Below the pieces are notes generated by a model. That model was not told where the DNA came from. It searched no databases and saw nothing but the letters and a program-made list of their open reading frames with translations. The position numbers and the translations under genes were made by a program. 19,362 nt of DNA. Origin: Planctomycetota bacterium. Its GTDB lineage: Bacteria > Planctomycetota > Planctomycetia > Pirellulales > Lacipirellulaceae. Where the stretch lies: contig JBCCXZ010000063.1 in assembly GCA_039190745.1 (NCBI GenBank), forward strand, positions 1 through 19,362, written 5' to 3'. The stretch's first letter is position 1. Each line of letters begins with the position of its first letter. Positions 9,267-16,188 of the stretch are shown one piece after another.

Positions 9267-10337
9267 TCACCCCAGGACGCGGTCGTAAACGCCCTCAAGC
9301 GTCGAGACGAAGCGTTGCCAAGAGAAGACATCCTTGGCCCGCTCGCGGCCCGCTCGGCCGAACTTCGTTGCGAGGTTGCGGTCGCCTAGCAGCGTCCGCA
9401 ACGCTTCGGCCAGCGCGGCGGGATCGCCCACGGGCACGAGCAGCCCGGTCTCATTCTCCGCGATCGACTCCGGCGCACCCCCGGCGCGACACCCGATGAT
9501 CGGCTTGCCGGACAACGCCGCCTCGATGTAGACCAACGCGCAGGGTTCTCGGTGCGACGGCAAGGCCATTACGTCGATCGCGTTCATTAGGGCCAGCGCG
9601 TCGCGTCGGAAGCCCGCGAAGCGGACCTGATCGAGGAAGCCCTCACTGCGGGCCTTCGACTCGAGTTCCTCGCGGAGCGTGCCCTGGCCGACCACCCAGA
9701 ACTGCGTGGCTGGGAATTCCGCGAGTACCCTTGGTATGGCATCGAAGAGCTCCCGGTAACCCTTCTTCACCGAGAGGTGGCCGAACGTGCCGACGACCGG
9801 CGTGTCGGCCTCGGCACCAAACTCCGCACGCACCTCCGCGGGCGACCGCGTGACCGTGAGTTCGTCGGCGTCCAGCGCATTGTAGAGCACTGTGATCTTT
9901 TCTTCCGGCAGTCCCTGGTCGATCAGGTCTTGCTTCACCGCACCCGAGACGGCCAGCAGGTGCGATTGGTTGCGGTGCCAGGAGGCGGAGGTAAAGCCCT
10001 GCACGTGGCCGATCGACCTGGGCCCCCCGAACCGCTCCAGCCAGCCGGACCACCAGCTTGCGGTCGAGAGCGTCGACTGAACCAGCTCGGCGCGGTGATC
10101 GCGTGCGGCGCGGGCGAGCGTACGCACCGCGAACAGGTTGGCTTTGCCGCCAATCGCCCGGGCATCGACGGGCAACCCCTGGTGCTCGAACTCGGGGATC
10201 GCGGGCGACCCGCTCTTCACCACGACGGGCATCGCGTGCCCGCGAGCCTCCATCCTGCGGGTGAGGCGGACGAGCTGCATCTCGGCGCCCGACATGTGCG
10301 ACGGCGAAATAACCTGCAGGATGCGGCGGGGTTTCAT
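9267..10337 (-). CDS. Glycosyltransferase family 4 (GT-B fold)
   Basis: 'ILQVISPSHMSGAEMQL', 'AVSGAVK', 'GHLSVKKG', E-X7-E motif 'EPCALVYIE', 'ETGLLVPVGDPAALA'; stop converges 5 nt from the ATPase stop. Confidence 0.92.
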   Translation of the reverse strand: MKPRRILQVISPSHMSGAEMQLVRLTRRMEARGHAMPVVVKSGSPAIPEFEHQGLPVDARAIGGKANLFAVRTLARAARDHRAELVQSTLSTASWWSGWLERFGGPRSIGHVQGFTSASWHRNQSHLLAVSGAVKQDLIDQGLPEEKITVLYNALDADELTVTRSPAEVRAEFGAEADTPVVGTFGHLSVKKGYRELFDAIPRVLAEFPATQFWVVGQGTLREELESKARSEGFLDQVRFAGFRRDALALMNAIDVMALPSHREPCALVYIEAALSGKPIIGCRAGGAPESIAENETGLLVPVGDPAALAEALRTLLGDRNLATKFGRAGRERAKDVFSWQRFVSTLEGVYDRVLG

Positions 10338-10471
10338 GGGGTAAACAGGAGACGAGGCAAGGCGGTTTCACGGTTCCAGCCTGTTCGTCAGCCCGCCTAG
10401 CGCCACTCACAGCCCGGTTGATAGCAAGAAGATAGAGCCGACCGTCGAGAGCAACAAGGCGGGTCGTAGCC

Positions 10472-10490
10472 TAAAGCCGGCGCACCGGCT
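10472..10490 (-). terminator. Weak intrinsic terminator candidate right after the DUF418 gene
   Basis: Minus strand GCCGG-TGCG-CCGGC followed by TTT directly after the TGA stop; short U-tract. Confidence 0.3.
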
Positions 10491-11872
10491 CACGCCAGAT
10501 CCGGCTTAAGCATCCGCTGCCGACGCCCGTAGGTCAGCGAGCGCCACAGCCACTCGGCCGGGCCGAAGCGGAACCGCGAGAGCCACACGGGGCTTGCCCA
10601 GAGCTGTAGCGCCCAGACCCCGAGAACGACGCCCCAGAGCGCAACGCGATCGAGCCGGCCAAACAGGGCCAGCCCGTAGCCGTAGAACAACGTCGTGCAG
10701 ACCAATGATTGGAGCAGGTAGTTGCTCAACGCGGTGCGCCCGACCGCGGCGAGGCGTTCGGCCAGCCGGGGCCACACGCGGTTCTTGCACAGCATCGTCA
10801 CGACGGCCGCGTGCCCGATCGCCACGGGGACCATCCCCAACGTGAACAGCGCTGCCCCGCCGGGCGTGCGGACCAGCTCGTACTCGGCATGGTACGTAAG
10901 CGCCATGCCCGCCGCCGTCAGCGGCAATCCCAACCCGTAACCCAAGGCGGCCAGTCTGCTGTAGAACCCCGTGGAACGCTCCGCAGAGAACACGCCGAGC
11001 TTCATCAGCCCCATGCCGATCAGCATCCGCCCGCTCGCTCCCCAGGACATGATCATCAGGAAGCCGAACGTCTGGAACATCAAGACGTCCTCCGCCCTGC
11101 CCCGCACGATCTCTGGGTAACTGCTGAGGTACAGGCCGATCTCGTCTTGGATGTCTTCTTCACTCGGCGCCAGCAGCGGCCGGAAGCCCTCCGCCCAAAC
11201 CTCTTCCATTTCGGCTTGCCAGTCTTCCGGCTCGACGCCGTCTGCGCGGGCGGCTGCTGCCTCCTCAGCCACCCCGGCTATAAAAGCGCCGTAGTTCAGG
11301 AAGGCGTACCAAACGGCAACTTGAACGATCACCAAAAGGGTGCCGACAGCGATGAGTGTGCCGGCACGGAACCTCCGGAACGGGTAAAGCACAAACCCGC
11401 ACAATGCGTACGGCACGAGGACATCGCCCCCCCAGATGAGGTAGGCGTGCACCATCCCGATGACCAACAACCAGAAGTTGCGGCGGTAGTAGACGCCGCG
11501 TAGCGAGGCTCCGCGAGCGGCGGCACGCTCGTTCATCACCACCAGCCCGGCGCCGAACAGCATCGAGAAGAGCGACATCATCTTCCCGGAGAACACCACC
11601 GAGTTGAACGCCCAGAAGGCGGTGTTCGCCGGCTCGTCGCCGCCGCTGAAGCGCGGGTTCTCGTACCCGCCCATCGGCCAGGCAAACGCCGCGATGTTCA
11701 TCGTCAGGATGCCCAGGAGGGCCACGCCACGCAGGGTGTCGACCGCCTCGATCCGCTCGTGGACCCGGATCGGCTTCGGTCTCGCCCGAGGCGGCTGTTC
11801 CGTCGGCGGCGCCTGGTCGGCATTCGCAACGGGCTCAATCGGCGCTTCGGCGTCGGGTTGCTGCTCATCCAT
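10490..11872 (-). CDS. DUF418 (YeiB-like) polytopic membrane protein
   Basis: 'RIEAVDTLRGVALLGILTMNI', 'GKMMSLFSMLFGAG', 'RRNFWLLVIGMVHAYLIWGGDVL', 'GRTALSNYLLQS', 'FGPAEWLWRSLTYG'; many hydrophobic segments; GAGGA RBS 9 nt upstream. Confidence 0.92.
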   Translation of the reverse strand: MDEQQPDAEAPIEPVANADQAPPTEQPPRARPKPIRVHERIEAVDTLRGVALLGILTMNIAAFAWPMGGYENPRFSGGDEPANTAFWAFNSVVFSGKMMSLFSMLFGAGLVVMNERAAARGASLRGVYYRRNFWLLVIGMVHAYLIWGGDVLVPYALCGFVLYPFRRFRAGTLIAVGTLLVIVQVAVWYAFLNYGAFIAGVAEEAAAARADGVEPEDWQAEMEEVWAEGFRPLLAPSEEDIQDEIGLYLSSYPEIVRGRAEDVLMFQTFGFLMIMSWGASGRMLIGMGLMKLGVFSAERSTGFYSRLAALGYGLGLPLTAAGMALTYHAEYELVRTPGGAALFTLGMVPVAIGHAAVVTMLCKNRVWPRLAERLAAVGRTALSNYLLQSLVCTTLFYGYGLALFGRLDRVALWGVVLGVWALQLWASPVWLSRFRFGPAEWLWRSLTYGRRQRMLKPDLA

Positions 11873-11923
11873 CCGTTCGATTCCTCAGCGAACAAACAGA
11901 CTCGGGGCGGCCTCGTGTTTTGC

Positions 11924-13999
11924 TCAGCCGCGGAACAGCCACCACAGGATGAGCCCCAGCAGCGGCGGGACTAACGCTGCAGGCAGGATCGTCGCCAGCG
12001 ACTGGTTCAGCGTCCGCTCCAGCCACCGCCGCTTGCTCTGGAAGCCTTGCATCTCCGCGGCAACCGCCTTCCACTTCCCGCACATCTCCTCGAACTGCTT
12101 CAGTTCCTTGCGCAGGCCGTACTTGATTGATTTGACCATCGACTCGATGTGACCCGCGCCCATGAGGACCTTGCGGGCCTGCGAGATTTTGTAGCGGTGG
12201 GTCGCGGCCTCGGTCGCTACCTCCAACTCTTCGGGCGTCACCCCGTGATCGGGCCGGAACACGAAGTCCCGCTCCAATTGCTCGCGCCACTGCAGCAGCT
12301 CCATCGAAAGGCCCGTGTCGACCGCCGGGATGCCGTACAGCTTCATTTTCTCTACATCGTAAGCACTCTCCACACCGAACGACTCGAGCATCGCCGCCAC
12401 CGAAGTGCTCATGCCCGGCATCTGGTCGACCAGGTCCCGCACGGAGTGGTTCCGCAGGACCTCGGTTTTCTGCGCGTCGCTGTGCTCGACGAGAGCCCGC
12501 GTTAGGGCCTTCCCCTCGGCGCGGTAGTTGTCCAGCTGGGTTTGCAACTCTTCGGTTTGCTTCTGGAACGTCATCTCGCGGCGGCGGTGACGCTTGGCGA
12601 TCTGCTGCGTCTTGCCGTAGAGCCTCGACTGCCCGTCCGTCAGCCACTTCTGAAAGGCCGCTAGTTGCTTGCGGATGTTCTTCGCTTCGCTGCCGAAAGT
12701 AAACACCGCGCCGCCGCCTAGGCAAAGTAGTGTGCCAACGATGAGCGCGTACCCCGTTACGACGCCGGCCAAACACAGCGCAGCCCCAACCACCATCGCC
12801 CCGCCAATCAGGTCGAGGAGCGTCAGGTCCTGCTGGACGGTAAACTTCATCCCTGGCATCTTTGGCAGCTCGAGTTCGCCCGGCGCAAGGTCGGGGAACA
12901 CTGCTACGCGGACTCCCTTGACACGCTTATTCAGCTCGGCCAGCCGGTCTTTGGTGACTGCCGAGGCGCCCGTGTCTGCCACAAAGAACGCCGGCCCGCC
13001 CTGGTCTTCGATCCGGCACCAAGGGCACTCTTGCAAGCCGCTGTAGTAGTAGTGCATCGAGTCGTAGCTGCATTGCTTCAGCTGTTTCATCAGTGCTTCG
13101 AGCTGCTCGGCCCATTCGATGGCCCGTGGCCGCTCGGGCGCCCCTGCCCCGCCGGCGCGGAAGGCCCGTTCGAACAGGTTCCCGAGCCCCGGCGGCAGGT
13201 CTTCCAGCAGCAGCGAGGCTGGCGGCGGGTCGATCTGCGTCGCCGCCCGGTCTCGTGAGAACGCGAACCGCTGCTCGCCGATCGCCTTCTCGATCGTCAT
13301 GTCGCCCGGCCCCCGATAGCGGCCCGCGAACGGGTGCCGGCTCACGAACAGCAGGTGGAAAATCAGCACCGCCAGGCCGAAGCCGTCATGGTCGACGGTG
13401 CGCGTCACGTCACGCAGCTGCTGCGACTGCAGCTCCGGCGGCGTGAAGTGCGCCGTCCCCACCGGACAGTGGTAAGTGTTGCCGTCCACACGCATCTGGA
13501 ACGAGTCGCAGTCGATCATCCGCACGCACATGTCCGCGTCGACCATCAGGTTCCCCTGATTCACGTCGCCGATGACCACGCCCGTACGGTGTACCGTGTG
13601 GAACGCGGCGGCCGTGTTCCGCGCCGCGAGCACCAGGTGGTGCCAACCTGTCCCGGGGAAGTGCCGCCGGCGGTTGGTCGTGCCGTACAGCTCGTGCAGG
13701 TGGAACGAGCCGTTGACCTTGGGCATGAGGATGCCGCACGGCTGGTTGCCGGCGGTGAACAGCAGCGACCGCGGCCAAGCCGAGATCGCCGCCAACCCCT
13801 TCGAATAGAGTGACACCATCGCCTGGAGCTTCGCGACCTGGTCGCGGTCCAGCGGGCGTTTGTGGTACAGCTTGACGACCAGCGTATCGTCGCCGGCGAC
13901 GTCGTAGACCTCGCCCTCGCCCCCCTTGCCGATGAGGTCGCCGAGCCGGATATGACGACCTTCCGAGTCAACCAGCTCGGTTAGCTGCTGCTGTTTCAC
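11924..13999 (-). CDS. yegI: YegI-like membrane Ser/Thr protein kinase of the TerY-P triad (kinase, Cys/His Zn knuckle, TM hairpin, coiled coil, degenerate HhH, C-terminal TM)
   Basis: GKGGEGEVY Gly loop; VVKLY lysine; 'IGDVNQGN' catalytic loop; 'IDCDSFQ' in place of DFG; 'FTPPELQ'; 'RHPFAG'; 'CSYDSMHYY…CPWC' (~13016-13073); hydrophobic hairpin ~12693-12820. GTG start overlaps the phosphatase 3' end by 32 nt. Confidence 0.9.
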   Translation of the reverse strand: MKQQQLTELVDSEGRHIRLGDLIGKGGEGEVYDVAGDDTLVVKLYHKRPLDRDQVAKLQAMVSLYSKGLAAISAWPRSLLFTAGNQPCGILMPKVNGSFHLHELYGTTNRRRHFPGTGWHHLVLAARNTAAAFHTVHRTGVVIGDVNQGNLMVDADMCVRMIDCDSFQMRVDGNTYHCPVGTAHFTPPELQSQQLRDVTRTVDHDGFGLAVLIFHLLFVSRHPFAGRYRGPGDMTIEKAIGEQRFAFSRDRAATQIDPPPASLLLEDLPPGLGNLFERAFRAGGAGAPERPRAIEWAEQLEALMKQLKQCSYDSMHYYYSGLQECPWCRIEDQGGPAFFVADTGASAVTKDRLAELNKRVKGVRVAVFPDLAPGELELPKMPGMKFTVQQDLTLLDLIGGAMVVGAALCLAGVVTGYALIVGTLLCLGGGAVFTFGSEAKNIRKQLAAFQKWLTDGQSRLYGKTQQIAKRHRRREMTFQKQTEELQTQLDNYRAEGKALTRALVEHSDAQKTEVLRNHSVRDLVDQMPGMSTSVAAMLESFGVESAYDVEKMKLYGIPAVDTGLSMELLQWREQLERDFVFRPDHGVTPEELEVATEAATHRYKISQARKVLMGAGHIESMVKSIKYGLRKELKQFEEMCGKWKAVAAEMQGFQSKRRWLERTLNQSLATILPAALVPPLLGLILWWLFRG

Positions 14000-14759
14000 G
14001 GAGCCTTGATGCCAGGATGAGGGTCTTGTCGTCGTCCGACCGCGTGCTCACCGACTCGGACGCTAGAAACCCGCGGAGATCGCCCGCGAGCCCTTCTAGG
14101 TCGTCGGTGTTGTGCAGGCTCCGGAACAGCGGTGCGCAGAACGGATGGAACGCGGTATGGGTGTCAAACTCCAGGGCCAACCTCTCCAGCCCGTCGGTCA
14201 GCATCGCTACTTCTGTGAAGCCGCTGTCGACCGCCTGGAACTCGACAAACTCTTCAAATCCTTTGCCGGTAATGAAGTTCGTCGAATTGGCGTACTCGCC
14301 CGACTGGGGCCAGAACACCACGCCGAAAACCCCGTGGTTACCTAGGATAATTGCCCCGTCGCCGATCTGGAAAAAGAACGACCGCTGGGGCCCCGCGATC
14401 ACGCCGACCAGCGTGGTGGCGTACTCCCGGACGCCGCACTCCCGGGCCTCGGCGTCGGCGGCGATCTTCTCCCGCGCCGCCCCGAGCCAGCCCAGCACGT
14501 CTTGCCTCTTCAGGTCGACGAACGCGCCGTGCTCTTCGTGGAAAGCCGTCGCGCCCTCAACCACTGCGTGGCAAGCAAGCGACGACCCCGTATCGCTGTA
14601 CTTGGCGCTACCCGCCCCGTCGGCGACGCACGCCACCAGGAAAGTGCGCTCCCCATCGCCGAGGACCCGGGCCCGGCTCGAGTCCTGGCACGGCGTCCCC
14701 TCCGCCTCGTGTGACGGGCCTCGGCGGCTCTCGGCTATGAATCGCCAGGGGGAGGGCAA
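13968..14759 (-). CDS. yegK: PP2C-family Ser/Thr phosphatase (YegK/PphC-like; TerY-P triad)
   Basis: 'WRFIAESRRGPSH…PCQD', 'CVADGAGSA', 'QIGDG', 'GEYANSTNFIT', 'LTDGLE', 'DDDKTL'; TTG start with GGAG ~7 nt upstream. Confidence 0.92.
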   Translation of the reverse strand: MPSPWRFIAESRRGPSHEAEGTPCQDSSRARVLGDGERTFLVACVADGAGSAKYSDTGSSLACHAVVEGATAFHEEHGAFVDLKRQDVLGWLGAAREKIAADAEARECGVREYATTLVGVIAGPQRSFFFQIGDGAIILGNHGVFGVVFWPQSGEYANSTNFITGKGFEEFVEFQAVDSGFTEVAMLTDGLERLALEFDTHTAFHPFCAPLFRSLHNTDDLEGLAGDLRGFLASESVSTRSDDDKTLILASRLRETAAANRAG

Positions 14760-14826
14760 GTCGGGTCTCCGAAGAGGCGGACGCTGCCGGCGCCCGGTTG
14801 GATTCAGAATCGTTCTTGTTCCGGGT

Positions 14827-15510
14827 TCAGATCTGTGCCCAACCCGTGGGCCCGCTGGTGGGGTCGCTCAGTTGCACTTCCTCGCCGGGGCTCGACCGCG
14901 AGACCGCCTGCTGCGAGTTCGACAGCCAGCTAAACATTTCTGCGAACTTCGTACCCTGCAGCCACAGGGGTTTGCGGACGCAGATTTCTTCGAGCACGTC
15001 CATGTTGGCGCCCTCCACGCCCACGGCGAAGAAGCAGAAAGCCTTTTTCTCCTCGCCCCGCTGCACCCGGCCGACGACCGGCTTCCAGTGGTCGTTTGGT
15101 TCACCGTCAGTGATCAAGAACGCCCAGGGCCGGTAGTAGGCGATGCCGTGCTCGCGGTAGCTCGCCTTCCGCTCCTCAACCATGTCGAGCGCCACCGTGA
15201 TCGCCTCGCCCATCGGCGTGCCGCCAATGACTTGCAGCTTTGGCGGGTCGAAGTCGGGAGCGGTGGTGAACTCCGCCAATCGGGTCACCCGCCCGCCGAA
15301 GGTCACGATCGCCACCTCGACGCGCTTCGCCGCGAGAGGGTCGTCGACCAACTCCTGCTTGTAGGTCTGCAGGCCCCGGTTCAGCTCGTCGATTCGCGGA
15401 CCCTGCATTGAGGTCGACGTATCGAGGATTAGCACGCAGGGCACGCGCGGCTCGGGGTTCTCAGCGAATTCGACGCCGCTGAAGGCGTTCTGGGACGAGA
15501 GCTGATCCAT
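14827..15510 (-). CDS. terY: TerY/YegL-like von Willebrand factor A domain protein
   Basis: Start set at ATG 15510 (MDQLSSQNAFSGVEFAENPEPRVPC), matching YegL-like N-termini; MIDAS 'LDTSTSM', 'GGTPMG', 'YYRPWAFLITDGEP', 'FSWLSNSQQAVSRSSPG'. Confidence 0.92.
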   Translation of the reverse strand: MDQLSSQNAFSGVEFAENPEPRVPCVLILDTSTSMQGPRIDELNRGLQTYKQELVDDPLAAKRVEVAIVTFGGRVTRLAEFTTAPDFDPPKLQVIGGTPMGEAITVALDMVEERKASYREHGIAYYRPWAFLITDGEPNDHWKPVVGRVQRGEEKKAFCFFAVGVEGANMDVLEEICVRKPLWLQGTKFAEMFSWLSNSQQAVSRSSPGEEVQLSDPTSGPTGWAQI

Positions 15511-15622
15511 GGCGGTTGGCAGGCGGTCGGGCGGGTCTAGGGGGCCGACAACGCAAAGCAAGACCGCACTGGCAGCAGACCAAGCCAGGAAAAACACACG
15601 CTAGCCACAACCGCGAGCCTTG

Positions 15623-16030
15623 CTACTCACAACCCCTTGTACCACCCGCACCGAGCGGTTGCAACGCACCAAAATCGGGCAGCAGCGTCTGATAAATAGC
15701 CCCGATGAGCCGCGGCAAGCCAAAGACGGCCAACCGGAAGAACACCGCCAGCAGCACCGCAGCCAGGAAAACTATCGCCATCGTCCCACCCGTCCAGCAC
15801 AGAGCCATCAGCCGGGGGGACGCCCCGATCGCCGAGAAAACCTCCGGCAGCAGCACGAAGAAAACAGTCAGCGTTGCCGAAAGGCCCTCACCCGCCGCGG
15901 CTGCAACGCCCCAGTCAATCCGGCCTTGATCCGCGTGGATAGAGCCTGTCTCAAGGGCCCCTTGTCCCGTAGGCCAGGCCGAGTTTGGGCAAGCGTCATC
16001 ACGGTAGTTCACACTCTGGCTCGAGTCCAT
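15623..16030 (-). CDS. Hypothetical 135-aa membrane protein upstream of terY
   Basis: ATG 16030 has a perfect AGGAGG Shine-Dalgarno 8 nt upstream; hydrophobic segments 'LSATLTVFFVLLPEVFSAIG' and 'MAIVFLAAVLLAVFFRLAVFGL'; fills the gap without overlapping other genes. Confidence 0.65.
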   Translation of the reverse strand: MDSSQSVNYRDDACPNSAWPTGQGALETGSIHADQGRIDWGVAAAAGEGLSATLTVFFVLLPEVFSAIGASPRLMALCWTGGTMAIVFLAAVLLAVFFRLAVFGLPRLIGAIYQTLLPDFGALQPLGAGGTRGCE

Positions 16031-16038
16031 TTGTGCAG

Positions 16039-16107
16039 CCTCCTGGATCGATTGGGGGGTGACTTCGCCTTCGACCGGAATATATCCGCTACCCGAGAAT
16101 GTGGAAA
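16039..16107 (-). promoter_or_regulatory. Putative promoter and RBS for the minus-strand membrane ORF / TerY-P run
   Basis: Minus strand TTTCCA (16107-16102), 17-nt spacer, TATATT (16084-16079); AGGAGG at 16044-16039. Confidence 0.45.
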
Positions 16108-16176
16108 AGCAGATTGCACAATTCGTCGGGACAAAGCCCGCATGAACCGATCTGTGAACAGAAGGACGGTTCCAAT

Positions 16177-16182
16177 TAGAAT
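16177..16182 (+). promoter_or_regulatory. Putative -10 box (TAGAAT) 6 nt before the SLC4 gene ATG, suggesting a leaderless transcript
   Basis: TAGAAT-TTCTCT-ATG with no Shine-Dalgarno sequence within normal distance of ATG 16189. Confidence 0.45.
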
Positions 16183-16188
16183 TTCTCT

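Noticed and set aside
14017..15411. 464-aa plus-strand ORF opposite the PP2C and terY genes
   Set aside because: Low-complexity S/P/R composition, no recognisable domain, lies opposite two well-supported genes.
15511..15597. Hydrophobic signal-like N-terminal extension of TerY from GTG 15597
   Set aside because: No RBS; YegL/TerY similarity begins at ATG 15510, and its partners are cytoplasmic. Only N-terminal proteomics could revive it.
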